Assembly (NCBI GenBank): GCA_004764695.1
Contig: SMSO01000007.1
Coordinates: 1,619,270-1,683,269 of the forward strand
Source of the DNA: Schizochytrium sp. TIO01
Lineage: Eukaryota; Protista; Bigyra: Labyrinthulomycetes
Reading direction: 5' to 3'
Length of the DNA stretch: 64,000 nucleotides
Shown here: positions 11,247-23,573 of the stretch, piece by piece
How positions within the stretch are numbered: position 1 is the first letter of the stretch
How the letters are laid out: each line of letters starts with the position of its first letter
Made by a program: the position numbers and the translations under genes
Notes under the pieces: generated by a model
The model's database searches: none
What the model saw: the letters and a program-made list of their open reading frames with translations, nothing else
What the model was told of the DNA's origin: nothing

Positions 11247-12549
11247 CTCTGCTCTTTACACGGCTTGTCGTCCTCACTCTGTTGACCAAAATGACCAAAC
11301 GAGTTTAACGGAGGACCAGTTGAGCAATCAATACACGTTCCGCCAGAAAAATTACCAAGATGACTAACGACCACTGCTGATACGTTCACAACTCTCGGTT
11401 TACCACCTAGACAAAGGTATATATGCTGCTTATTCTCACTTTGTTATTGCGCCACACCTCCTGTTCATGCTCAAAGTACCGTCAGCGAGACTGGGAGACA
11501 GGGAACTTGAAGGTATTATATATAAAGTTTGCTTTGGGGTGGATTTGACGAGAACCCAAAGCAAAGAAGAGACTGACTGTAGCAAAGAAACTTTAGATTG
11601 ACAGGATTAGCTAGCACACACTCGAGGTGTCTTGGTACCGCCACAGGCTCCTTCCTCCTATGGATACCTTCAAGTTAGCAGTGTGGTCGCTAGCACTGGT
11701 TATACAACCAAGACCATAGCTTTGCTCATTTACACGTACACGATTGTATGTTGATTGCCCTCTTGCCCACAGTGTGCTACTATTGTCAACTGGCGAACAT
11801 AAGTCATCAAACCGTGGCTTGTACTCTATTGCAGTCACGACAACAACATAGCGTTATCGGCACTCGCCTGCTAGAAGAGGTGCTACTGTTGGACTCTGCG
11901 TCAATTACAAAGCTATCATGATGTTGAGCAATACTTCAAGAGTCTATCACAGTTTTAGATATTCAAGTTATTCATGTTGATGCTCATAAAATTTGCACAA
12001 CCCAATTGTGAGGATTATGCGTTCCGCATATTTGCGGCTTCAAGTTGAAGCCACCATTCCTCTATCCTTGAATTATGGAAGGAAATGTATAGATTGAAAA
12101 AGAAATTAACTTCATCTACAATCTGCGACGTCCAAAGGAAATCTGCGTCATGCTGAGAGTTTCACATGCTAAACTTGCATGGCGATGCTGACGAATTTTC
12201 AAGAAATGGCTTCTGGAGAATTTTGGCGATTTTCTGTGCCTTGGGTTCTGATGGTCGTTAATTTTTTATTTATTTTAAAATCATGAAATAATTAGTTGAG
12301 AGCACTTCACACAAATTACCTGAACAGACTGCGAACGAACGAGACGTCCTTGTGCTCCCAACCACTTTTAGGCTCGGTCGCGCCGGTGGGTTTGACACGC
12401 CCTCGAGTTGTATCGGGGCGAAGCCTCGCTACTACCGGTACTGTGCTACGCACTTTGGAAGTGCGGAAGAGTAGAGGATCGATTTGACTATCCATCTCAA
12501 ATTACGTGCTTTGTTGGGCCTCTGAGGTTTTGCTTGCTTTGAGAGCATT

Positions 12550-15359
12550 ATGAGCGTCTCGAGTGACGATGAAAACTCAACGCGTGCCATAGAGCGACTG
12601 GAGAAAGAACCACCTGGTTCCGATGTTTTGCGTATTCTCGTAGCTACCGACAATCATTTGGGCCTGAATGAAAACGACCCTGTTCGTGGTGAGGTAAGTT
12701 CATTGTAGGAGGAAATCGATGATTAGGAGGCCAAGGATAATGCATTCGCAGATGCATCACAAAGCTTCATATTGCTACACTGTAGCTTTGATCGTGCTCG
12801 TTCGTAGGATTGAATTCAATGAGATGGGTCTTATCTACTGCGTTTTTTTGAAATGCGTTCCGCGTCTCATCAAAGTGATATCCTCTGGATTCATCTGCAC
12901 CTTGAGGCGGATTAATGACTAACACATACACTAAATCAAACTGCTGCATCTCAATTCGACTTGAACTGTATGAATTCAAAATAATTGAACTCAACGGGAT
13001 ATAATGGATATGAACGAACCACATCATATTGATTTCACAGGACTCGTTTCGTACCATGGATGAAATATTCAAGATTGGGCGGAAATGCCATGCTGACATG
13101 GTGATTCTCGGGGGCGATCTCTTTCATATTAATAAACCCACACGAAGCACAACGATCAAGACCCAAGAGTTGTTTCGGAAGCACACGAGAGGTCGGCGGC
13201 CGGTCGACTTAATCGTTCGAGGCCAACAATTTGGCCGCGATGGTAAGACTCCCGTGAATTTTGAGGATGAAAATTCGGCGGTGGATATGCCGATCTTTAT
13301 GATTCACGGTAACCATGATAACCCAACTCATGATGGGTGCAATGTGGTGGCACTTTCTCCCCTGGACATATTGCAGGCTGACGGACTTGTGAACTACTTC
13401 GGACGTGTTCAGAAAATGGATGATGCCGTCTTAGAGCCGGTTCTTATTGAGAAGGGGAACGCAAAGCTCCGGCTGTATGGTATGGGCTGGATTCGGGATG
13501 AACGAATGCATCAGATGTTTCATAATAACTGCGTATCCTTCAAACGACACATTCCGCGCGGAACTGAAGAAGGGTATAGCAGCAGAGAAAGCCAACAGCA
13601 TAATGAGGATGAGGTTGGACAAAATATTCATGATAAAGACTGGCTTAATGTTTTTCTGGTTCATCAAAACCGTGACTACAAGGGTCGTGGAGCTAAAAAT
13701 TGTTTCAATGATGAAATGATTCCTTCCTTTATGAACCTCGTGTTCTTTGGCCACGAACACGAGTGCCTGATCGAACCGCAGCAAAGTATCAGACATCCGG
13801 AGACCTTCCTTTCTCAACCAGGATCTTCCGTCGCAACCAGTCTGATTGAAGCAGAGGCACAACCAAAGAGTGTCGGGATACTTGAAGTCAAGACAGATCA
13901 TACTGGCACCGCGTCCTTTGAACTTACCCCTATCCGTTTGCGTACGGTACGTCCTTTCATCTTCGACGAAGTTGTCCTCGAAGAATTTCCAGAACTAAGT
14001 AAAAACGTTATGGAGGCAGACAAGATTGAAGCTATTAGCATGCTCTTGGCTGCTAAAATTGATGAAATGATTAGAACTGGGCGCGAAGAATACCATCGGC
14101 TCAATCCCAATGCAACATCTCGAGAGGTGAGGGAAACGCTTCCGCTTATTCGTCTTCGTGTAGAGCATACCCATTTTCCTGTGTTGAATCTCCAGCGTTT
14201 TGGCGAAAAATTCAAAGGAAAAGCTGCCAATCCAAACGATTTGGTTTATTTCTACAAACGGCGCAAAGTTCGGGAGAAGACTCAAAAGAATGAAGGCTCA
14301 GGAGAACTGAACGATGAAGACTTGGAATTGCCTGATGATGAGATCTCTGCTGGAACTCGTATTAATGCTCTTCTTGAGAACATCCTCAGTGGTGATAATA
14401 AACTCACTTTTATTCCCGACCGTGAGCTTCATTACAATATCCAGGAATTTGTCGACAAAGGAGAAACTAAGCTCCTTGAGCATTATTTAAATGATGTTCT
14501 CAAGTCTCACCAAGAGCAAGTCTTACGAGGTCGTCGTAAGAAGTCTAAGAAAACCGACGAAGATCAAGGAAAGGATGGCAATGATGATCATGACAACAAC
14601 GAAGACTACAGCAGTGACGATGACGGAGATAATGATGTTATGCCAGATGGAAATCATATCACCGAGGTTATTCGCAGAGATACGGAGCGTCGAAACAGGG
14701 AAGCCTCAGTCAACCTTAGCCGCTCGTTGCAAAGTTTTCAAGATACAACAGATGGAGCTACAGACAAAACGACGAAGAAAAGATCAGTCACATCTCGAAA
14801 CGGGACCGGCTCAAAGTCTAAGAGCACATCAAGGCCCAAGTCCAATCGCGACAGGGACAATGATAGCACAGCCTCAATGGATGACGACAGTGAGTACAAC
14901 GATGATAATGAAAGTATTAGTAAAGCCTTGTCTGGCAAAGCGAAGCGGAAAACTGCGTCTCGAGCAGCTTCAAAACGAAAATCTAAACTCGAAGATGACG
15001 CTATTGTGCTCGATAGTGACAATGATGATGGCGACAGTGATGATATTCGTTCGTCAGCTGCGCGCAAACCGGCACAAAAATATCGTCAGCAAAAACTAAC
15101 TCTGGAGAAGGCCAATACCAAGAAAGCTTCTTCTAGGGGCGGGAAGCAACAGGTCATTTCTGAGAGCAGCGATGATGAGAACGCTTCCTTTTCCACAAGT
15201 CGACAAAATCCCTCAAGCAAAACTACATCACGTACACCATCTAGGCAGCGGGCGGCTAAAAAGAGAATTGCCTACAAAGAAAGTGATGATGAAAGTGATG
15301 ATGAAAGCGATTATAGTGCGCCAAAGAAAGCTCCATCGAAGCGTCCGAAAAGAAAATAA
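12550..15359 (+). CDS. MRE11: Double-strand break repair nuclease MRE11 (exons 12550-12693, 13041-15359)
   Basis: Exon 1 encodes LRILVATDNHLG...DPVRGE. Intron GTAAGT(12694)...CACAG(13040) joins in frame to DSFRTMDEI. Phosphoesterase motifs GGDLFH, IHGNHD, VHQNR, GHEH, QPGSSVATSL and LPLIRLRV are intact; long charged C-terminal tail. Confidence 0.97.
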
Positions 15360-15629
15360 CTCTTCAAGAGCCTCGATTATAAGAGGGCTGATTTTTAATG
15401 ACAAATCATTTTTCAAAGGCTTAACATTTTGAGTTTCACAGATAGATGGCTTTAGTACCAAATATATTTGAAATTGGCATACGAAGAGGCTCATTTCTGG
15501 TCTTTTTAGGGAGGAGACCTCTACAATTTAATCACTTAATAGATCCGGGCGTTTTTCGAAGGCGAAAATGTGCGATTTATAAAAGTAAGGGTGTGTGTCA
15601 GTAAGTTTGGGATTGAATTTGAGGATATT

Positions 15630-18600
15630 TTACTTTTTGCCATGTCTTGCAAAAACCCGATCATTTGCGATTGGATCATACCTATCTTGCCTTGCTGACG
15701 ATGGCGATCGATGGGAGCGCTGCGATTTCCTAGCATGGGTTCTCGGCCGATTATCACTCTCAGCACTACTAGGACTTGGGCTTGCACGCCGTCGCCGGGG
15801 CGGGGATTTCCGCGAGCCTTTGCTCTTGTTATTTCGAGGCCGAAATGACCCATCAGAGGCATATGAGTCTGATTCTGACTCGGACTCCACTGTGCGCCAA
15901 CCCTTCCCACGCTTATCCTTCGGAGAGCAAGATGCGTCTGAAGTAGATGAATAATCTTTATCATGTGCACCCCCTCGACGATGGCGACCTGATCGGTGCT
16001 TACGAGGACTACGGCCACGTCTTTTGTCGAGCGGCAAGCTTCGATTGCGAGGGGATCCAGATCTTTTGGAGGATGAACTATGATGTCTTTTGGGGGAAGA
16101 TGTATTCTTGCTACGTCTCTGACGCCGCCGTGTTCCATGACTATGATCATCATCATCTTCATCGGTATGTTCACTACTTTCGTCCAGAAACGCGTCAGCA
16201 ATGATTGCTCTCAAAGCATTATCATCACGACTCAGAGCAAGTCCTGCATAACTCCACTGCTTTTGCCAATCTTGATCTGGTTCGTACAATGATGTTGAGG
16301 TTACATGAACATCGCCAGGTTGGTGCTGAAGGAAACGGTCTGCATGACTACGCAGGGTTGCAGCAAATTTAGCTTGTGCTCTAACCCTAGCTTTGGCTGT
16401 CTCAGCATGGTCCACGACTCGATGAACAGTAGATCCAGCATGATCATAGAATACTTCATCACTGTGTTGGGCTGCAAGCAAGTGAAGAGAGCTATTTGAA
16501 GTGAAACCTGCCTTTTCTCTAGAGAATTCATCGATTGCACTCTGTAATCCTAGGTATTCAGCTCTCTGTGTTTTGGTAGCACCATTCTGAAGCCAGCGAT
16601 TAACTTTCACATCGACGTTATGACTAGATGTGCGTGGGGACCCAGTAATAAGAGCTTTAGATGCAAGCATACACGACATTGAAGAAGCAGACGAAGGGCC
16701 TCCGAACCCATCGTGACCGCTTCCATTCACAGTAGTTCGCGTTTCATCCCCACTCTCAGAGCTTTTGAACCGTCGGTTGTGACGAGAATTCTCTCTTCTT
16801 AATCTGTCTTGCTCATGCATGAGATCTGAAGCTTCTCGCGCGGTAACAAGGTCCTGGCGCATGATCACCCATCTTAAAAAGTCATTGTAGTGGATGAGAT
16901 CATGATTGTCAAATTGAGCAAACTTGCTGCCTAACGCATAGACTTCAGCTTCGGTAAGAGGTAAGCCGAGTACGCGTGCACCCTCACGGAATTCTCGTCG
17001 GGTAATTCGTCCGTCTCCAGAGACGTCAAAGACCCTAAAAATATCATTGTAGTCAGTCCCATCAGCCTGAACTTCTTTCAGCCTCCGTAAAACACGTGCA
17101 GCTAATTGATCCATTTCAAGCTCAGAGAATCCTGCAAACCGGACAAAGGCACCGTAATTAACCTGGTCATTTGCTCGTGGGTCGAATTTAGCGAGAAGCA
17201 CCTTGCGTTCACTCTGGGAAAATTCAAGGCCAAGGCGCTGCAGTCCAGAGAAAAACTCTGTTTGGGTACAATAGCTACGCCCATGCGGATCAAAACAATC
17301 AAAGACAGCCTGCAAGTTCATTGAAGATCCACCTCCCTGCATAAGAGCAGCGGTTCGTATCGAATTTCGAATACTTGATTCTAGTCCTGAAAGGTCATGA
17401 TCCTGTATCGTTCCAGCCTCACCATGTGGCGCAACGAAGTCAAGAAATGCAACGTAGTCTATTCGAAGTGATCCTCTATTAGAAGAAGCAAAGCGTCGCA
17501 TTAAGTACTTCATCTCTGACTCCTGAAGACGAAGACCTAGTACTGAGAGGCAAGTTCTACGAAAATCAACGCGGGACACTAAACCTTTGTCGCGAGGGTC
17601 TATTCCCCTAAATACAGACCAAGCACTGATTCCCCGGGCAGCGGCTGCACGGAGTTGCTCTCGAATGGCGTGTGCAAGTGCCTCATCAGAATGCATCAGA
17701 GATTCAAACTTTATGTAATCAACCCGATCTCCATTAGCATCATGTACAGGCCCCTCTAACTCACTGGGACTGGGTTTACACAAAGCTGCTATGGAGCGTA
17801 AATCCTCCATTGCCACAACAAGGCCAAGTCTACGAACACCTGTAATGAATTGAGTGAATGACAACGTTCCCTCACCAGACCGATCAAGTTCTTCAAACGG
17901 CTTTCGAATACGCATAGCTTCACCTCGTGCTGTACTCAACTCCAGAACTTGTTGCTTGACTCTTTTAAGCGCATCCTGGGCATGAACTGCTGGATCTTTC
18001 CCGTTTGACAGCTTTCCATGTTGTTTCTTTGCGCGTTCACGACTATCAACACGTAAGAGTCGTAGAAGCTCACAATAGTCAATCTGACCTTGTGGAGTAT
18101 TTGGGGCCACAAGTCTCAAGCGGCGGTCTAAAAGATGCATCTCAGGTTCTGTTAAATTACATCCTAGGAGAGCGCACGCTTTCACAACCGCTTGCAGGGG
18201 TATGTAGTTCGATGAACCCTTCGTAAAAAGTTCAAATGCATCTGCTGGGCTCGTGTTACGCATTTTGGCGCGCCGAAAAGAATTTTCAAGGCGTAGTAGG
18301 ATCTCATCTGCACTGTCGATGATGCTTACTTGTTCCGGTCCTCCAGTTCGGCCTTCACCACGTTCCAGGATTTTAATAAGTAATTTCCAGCTGACTGACC
18401 CTGTTTTTTTGGAATCAAGAACCTCAAAGAGTACGTCTAAATGTTGGCGTTGCAGGTTATGAATGTGAGCTGCATTCAAAGCATCCTGCAAAGATGCAAA
18501 CGTCATACGTCCTGGTCGTGATGGGATATCTGCAAAGTCTTCCAGTAGTCCTGGGAAAGAAAACACGGTGTTCTGTTTTGCCGCGGCAGTCTTGGCGCGT

Positions 18601-20069
18601 CGAATTCCTTTGCGTAGCATAGTGAGCACATCGAAGAACTCTTCGCTGTAGTCTGCTTCATCAATGTCAGAGTCGAAAGAAGCGTCACTTTCAGCATCGG
18701 GTACTGTCGTAGGCGACAATGAACGTCGGCGCAATGGCGATGCTCGAGGAGCTTTTGCTTGACGAATACGTTCGAAGGGAACATAACGTTGATAGCTACC
18801 GTCATCAAATTTGATATCCACGGATTTACCACTCTTGTGGACACGTTCTATGACTGCGGGTAGCCAAGTAGTACCAGCAAGAAATTGAGCTTCTATAAGA
18901 TCGCCTGGTCGAGGATGTTGAGTTGCGTTCAAAGTGGGCTCGAAACTAGGAGTTTCTTCTTTTTCATAAAGGGATTTTCGCTGTGCTTGATTAGGGCTCA
19001 GGGCAAGAACTGCATTTTCAGCTTCGATCCTGTTCATGAATGCCTTGATACGTTTCAATGGGACTCGATTTGTGTTATGAGGATCGAAGCGTCTATAAAT
19101 AACACTCCATTCCCGACGAGAACACGAGACACCGAGGTCAAGCAATATGTTGCGTAATTGCTTTCGAGAAAATGTTAAGACTTGGTTGGGGTCTTCATCT
19201 GCTGGTGCAGTGAGTAGCGAGGTCCAACCATGTTTAGCTTGTTTTGCAAGAATCTGAGTTTTGATTCGTTCTAACAACTCGTCTTTCTTTTGACCCGCTT
19301 TACCACTTTGACTATGTTCGTCAGAAGAAGAATCATATTGTGAAGAGTGACTGTTGTGCGAGTCTTTCTCTTGGCTGCTATCTGAGCTTTGACCCGAGTC
19401 GCTATTCATATCACTACTACTGCTCGAAGAGTCAGCTTCTTCGTTTGAGTCAAGCAAGTCAGTCTCATCAAGATTCACTGTCTGCTGAAGATCCTCAAGC
19501 CTATCTGGAAGAAGTGCTCCAATACCGATTTTGAGACGCGCCTCACTATGCTCTCCCACGAGCGCGTAAATTGTCGAAGTCAAGCTAGTGCGTACGTTGG
19601 AGAGGCTTAGATGAGTGGTGGCTCGATGAAACCGCTTACTGTGCTGGGAGCGAGCAAACACTGCTACAGTCACATGTCCTGTGCGCCCCCATCGATCAAA
19701 AACTGCACACCAGCCCTTCCAATCAGCTTGAAGCGTTATGGGAGATATGGTTGTGCTCTTTTGACTTTTGTTGCTTGCTGCCGAGAGTGACCGCGGTCGG
19801 AAGAAAGAGAGTCGTGAGGGTGCTCTTGCACGCACAATAGTTGCCCAGATTACGGGAGTACGCAGAATCTCTCCGCTACACGAGATCTCAGCAAAGACAG
19901 CCCACCCACCATTTTCCTGTGAATGAGATCTAGTCCGTCTTTTCCTCGATGAGGACGAGCCCGACCTTACTCGTTGGGTCTCGTCGTGGACCTCTTGCTG
20001 ATTTTTCACAGTAACCGTAACATTCTCAAGCTTTACTGCGAGCTTGCGAGACTGCTGCGACACACTCAT
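15630..20069 (-). CDS. Large multi-EF-hand protein with N-terminal C2-like region, Tudor/Agenet-like domain and RS-rich tail
   Basis: Many EF-hand loops (FDPHNTNRVP, LDSKKTGSVS, LDRSGEGTLSFTQF, IDPRDKGLVSRVDF, FDVSGDGRITRREF). Tudor-like PGDLIEAQFLAGTTWLPAVIERVHKSGKSVDIKFDDG; Arg/Ser-rich C-terminus. First in-frame ATG at 20069. Confidence 0.8.
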   Translation of the reverse strand: MSVSQQSRKLAVKLENVTVTVKNQQEVHDETQRVRSGSSSSRKRRTRSHSQENGGWAVFAEISCSGEILRTPVIWATIVRARAPSRLSFFRPRSLSAASNKSQKSTTISPITLQADWKGWCAVFDRWGRTGHVTVAVFARSQHSKRFHRATTHLSLSNVRTSLTSTIYALVGEHSEARLKIGIGALLPDRLEDLQQTVNLDETDLLDSNEEADSSSSSSDMNSDSGQSSDSSQEKDSHNSHSSQYDSSSDEHSQSGKAGQKKDELLERIKTQILAKQAKHGWTSLLTAPADEDPNQVLTFSRKQLRNILLDLGVSCSRREWSVIYRRFDPHNTNRVPLKRIKAFMNRIEAENAVLALSPNQAQRKSLYEKEETPSFEPTLNATQHPRPGDLIEAQFLAGTTWLPAVIERVHKSGKSVDIKFDDGSYQRYVPFERIRQAKAPRASPLRRRSLSPTTVPDAESDASFDSDIDEADYSEEFFDVLTMLRKGIRRAKTAAAKQNTVFSFPGLLEDFADIPSRPGRMTFASLQDALNAAHIHNLQRQHLDVLFEVLDSKKTGSVSWKLLIKILERGEGRTGGPEQVSIIDSADEILLRLENSFRRAKMRNTSPADAFELFTKGSSNYIPLQAVVKACALLGCNLTEPEMHLLDRRLRLVAPNTPQGQIDYCELLRLLRVDSRERAKKQHGKLSNGKDPAVHAQDALKRVKQQVLELSTARGEAMRIRKPFEELDRSGEGTLSFTQFITGVRRLGLVVAMEDLRSIAALCKPSPSELEGPVHDANGDRVDYIKFESLMHSDEALAHAIREQLRAAAARGISAWSVFRGIDPRDKGLVSRVDFRRTCLSVLGLRLQESEMKYLMRRFASSNRGSLRIDYVAFLDFVAPHGEAGTIQDHDLSGLESSIRNSIRTAALMQGGGSSMNLQAVFDCFDPHGRSYCTQTEFFSGLQRLGLEFSQSERKVLLAKFDPRANDQVNYGAFVRFAGFSELEMDQLAARVLRRLKEVQADGTDYNDIFRVFDVSGDGRITRREFREGARVLGLPLTEAEVYALGSKFAQFDNHDLIHYNDFLRWVIMRQDLVTAREASDLMHEQDRLRRENSRHNRRFKSSESGDETRTTVNGSGHDGFGGPSSASSMSCMLASKALITGSPRTSSHNVDVKVNRWLQNGATKTQRAEYLGLQSAIDEFSREKAGFTSNSSLHLLAAQHSDEVFYDHAGSTVHRVVDHAETAKARVRAQAKFAATLRSHADRFLQHQPGDVHVTSTSLYEPDQDWQKQWSYAGLALSRDDNALRAIIADAFLDESSEHTDEDDDDHSHGTRRRQRRSKNTSSPKRHHSSSSKRSGSPRNRSLPLDKRRGRSPRKHRSGRHRRGGAHDKDYSSTSDASCSPKDKRGKGWRTVESESESDSYASDGSFRPRNNKSKGSRKSPPRRRRASPSPSSAESDNRPRTHARKSQRSHRSPSSARQDRYDPIANDRVFARHGKK

Positions 20070-21301
20070 TATTGAGGCACACCTGCGCAGTATGCGGACA
20101 GCTACCCCGGCAACTGCGCGCCTGTGACCTCTACTGTGCTGCAACGCCCTTTCAGAGAGGCTTGGTTGTCTTTGTTTGTAGTGGGATTATTATGTCCCAG
20201 TGAGCGCATTTGCAGATTGGAAAGGTCCGTTGGGTAAAAAATAAATAAGAAATCCCAATATTGGCAAACATAATAATAGAAACTATTGCCAGACAGAACT
20301 AATTTTGAACTATACATGCGCCGCGATCTAATACTGTAAATCACGTATACCGTAGATCGCTGCAATGCAAGCTTCATTATACGCTCTCAAGGTAACAGTA
20401 TATTCCTTGAATTGGCATCACCGAGCAACAATTTTAAAGCTCAGAATGGGTTAGCAAACCTCAGGTTCACGCAGATGTTCAACATACGAAACAGTGCTCC
20501 TCTACATATAGTTAATACAATAGTTTTAGCATTCAGGGGATTACTAATGCAGGGATTGATATGGCTGGAATGCTTATTAGCCTGAAATCTAAGGAAACAA
20601 ACCCAACACAAATGAAGAACTCTGACTTTGGCAATAATAATTAATAATCACTACATTGGTTATCTCTCAAATGCGAACCATAAGTCCTTCTAACTTGAGC
20701 AGTTCCGATGAAGGACGAGCTTCATCAACCATAGGGGGGGGGGAATGATAAGCTGGGCTACGAAAACTATTACGCATACAAGAAACCAGCCACGGTCATT
20801 GCTGTCACAATACTCATGCATGATACAACTAGAGATCCAAAGTAAAAGTCAGCGATAATAATGCATCAGACTTACTTAAAATGCATCTTCAAGTTCCCCA
20901 TTCTAGTGTTATGTTTACATCTGATCAACGCACCGAAACTTATTGAGTAATCCAATCAAAGCAGAGCTCATGGCATATTGATTCACAAACTTGGAAGGGT
21001 GGTGAAAAAAAAACAAAAAACACCATCTCCAACTTGTGTAACAGCGCATAGGGAACATGTGCTTGCGCTCACTTGCAAACATCTCAAACCGGCATTGCAC
21101 GGCGAGAGCGATACGCCCCTTTTCTTCTCCAATGATCAGAGGGTTATACAATCCGGTGATCTCTTGAGTACTCAAATCAAGCGCAATCAAGTTGAGAACG
21201 TAGAATATGCATATATCTATAAAGAGAGAGATTTAGATATGTGTGTTTTACTAAAAAATCTAACTCAAATTGACGGAGAAGAACACGTTTTGGGGATCAT
21301 G

Positions 21302-22198
21302 TCAACTATTTTCTTTAACAAGCAACGATGAACATGGGCGGCCCTGCTCAAGAACATGAATTACACGATCAATGGAGATCCAATTGTAAACATGGCGATC
21401 AGCATTCCCAAATTCTGTGATAGGTCCTACCATCAGATGTGCATGAAGATACCCGACAGAAGGTGTCAGATGAAATCCAAGTTGGATGTTCTCAGGCCGT
21501 AGCCAAAATTCGATTTCTCGGCCTTTAAGATCATAGTCCTGCCAGATATGTTTAAAGTATGCACGATTTAATTCTACGAAGTCCTGGCTGTATTGTTTCA
21601 TTTTATACATTAGTGGTAGGTCTTTAACCTCAAGATCGAAGAACCACCGCAAGCTTACAGGAACTTCAGGATCAGTATCTGTTTCCCGGACTCTACTTCG
21701 CATCGCATGCATGCTAGGGATAAGCAGCATGTGCCACACAACGGCTAAGTCATGACCAGCAATGCCACGAAACGCTAACACGTCATCATCTTGGATGTAA
21801 AATCCCTTTCGACCGCTGTTAGCGGGCCTTGCAGGAATCAGCTCAAGCCGACCGATCTGAGAAAATATTTTGCCCCCTCGGGATATTGCTTCTTCTGTAA
21901 GCTCCCCATGATACTCCCATGAATCAACATCTTCATACATACCAGTTGGGTTCTCCTCGCTCAGTTTCTGATCAAGCACCGAGCTTTCCTTCTCTTGAAG
22001 ATCCAAGTTGAGTCGATAGATGGCTACCTTCTCATCAAAGATGCCACTCTGAGCATTGTTTGTCTTATTCGTGGCCTCGTGAAGGCCCATTTCGCTGTGT
22101 ACTTCGAGCTGCAATACTTTGATCTTGGGCTTCGATCTAAAGATCGCTCGCGTTTGCAATTCGAGATTTACCCTCACCTCAGCGTCTAGTTTCTCCAA
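21302..22198 (-). CDS. HIT-superfamily protein (DcpS C-terminal/aprataxin/HINT-like)
   Basis: AVVWHMLLIP, DLPLMYKM and LGFHLTPSVGYLHAHLM (GFHxxPSxxHLHxH-type motif). Start uncertain: the ORF opens at TTG 22198 and the first ATG is at 22090. Confidence 0.7.
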   Translation of the reverse strand: MEKLDAEVRVNLELQTRAIFRSKPKIKVLQLEVHSEMGLHEATNKTNNAQSGIFDEKVAIYRLNLDLQEKESSVLDQKLSEENPTGMYEDVDSWEYHGELTEEAISRGGKIFSQIGRLELIPARPANSGRKGFYIQDDDVLAFRGIAGHDLAVVWHMLLIPSMHAMRSRVRETDTDPEVPVSLRWFFDLEVKDLPLMYKMKQYSQDFVELNRAYFKHIWQDYDLKGREIEFWLRPENIQLGFHLTPSVGYLHAHLMVGPITEFGNADRHVYNWISIDRVIHVLEQGRPCSSLLVKENS

Positions 22199-23573
22199 CA
22201 GACTCAGACCCTCAGAGACTTCAGAGAAGCTTCAAACCGTGACAAAGCCGATTCAGGTTTGACATGTCTACACTCAATCAGACATGATAAATTGCTAGCA
22301 GCTATTAATGATCTAGTACTCTACCTCCTTTGTCCATGATCATCATGACGAGTCAAACGAGCAGCCGGTTCTCAGTACTCTGATAGCACCGCATATATCA
22401 ATAACGCTAAGAGTCCTCAATTCCTGCAGAACTAAGGCATCGACTGATTGCCAAAGGGTTGCGGAACCCACTGCATTTGCAGTGGGGTATGTTAGGTGTC
22501 TTTGAAGAATTAAAGAATGTGTCTTTTTTTAATCTACGCATATCAGTGAAGTTGATGGTAGGTATAAATGTACTACACATGAAAGACGTCTACTATACCC
22601 CATATGAGTGCAAGAGATGGAAGTCCACTTGAGTACCTGTAAACGAGCGCACTTTAGCACCGGCTTGAACTTCAAGTCCTTTTAAAGAGGTGGTTCATGC
22701 GACAACTTCGTCACTCACTTTGGAATAGGAATAGCCGGTCTAGTTAATGGGCTACCTACATTCCACCAACGTCAACGATATCTAATACTTCATTGTGGAC
22801 GAGATTCTCAGTTGGGACCCGTTCTCAATTGTGGATTGCAAATTCGATCGTCAGCTAGTATTGAGGGTTGTTTAAGTTTGCAAGAGCTCTCCGGTATCCT
22901 AGCAAATGAGATAGTGCCTGGCGACGGCAACAAATTAGAGTGCCTTCCGTGTGCTAGGTACTCAATTTGTTGGACTCAAGAGCCTGAGTAGGTAGGTAGG
23001 AACTTTAAGCCGCTTAAGTTAAAAGACCAATCTGGTACCGCAATGACTGTGGCACCAGTGCTTAGAGGTTGAGGACAACCAATATCGATGATTGGTTAGC
23101 TTCTGGGATGAGGCAGTAGGGTAGCACCGCGATTGGTAACTTACTTTTTTAAAAGTCGTGAAATTGTCGTTGGAGATTGTACGACAGGCAATAGCGACTT
23201 CCTTTGTGACATTTAGCTTGACTTCTCCACGTTAACAAGGTGAGGTTGTGGCGGTTTTGTGCAAGCGGCTGGTGTAGGTGCAACACCATGTTTCCTTCAA
23301 CACTTTGAATGGAGGTATATCAGCAAGACAGTTTTACTTCTTAGTAGGCTTACGGGTTGAGACAGAATGGTAAACATTAGTAGAAGAGGGATAAAAGCTT
23401 TGCATCTAGACTTGACAAAAGACAGCATCAAGCCGTTGAGTTCTCGCGCAACTGGAAAGGGGCAAGGAAGTGTTGCATATACTAGTTAAATGATATTTGC
23501 TGAAAATGTATTATGTCTAAACAATGTGCGGTACACGAAGAACCACAGAATACCTTGTCTTCCACGCACTGTT

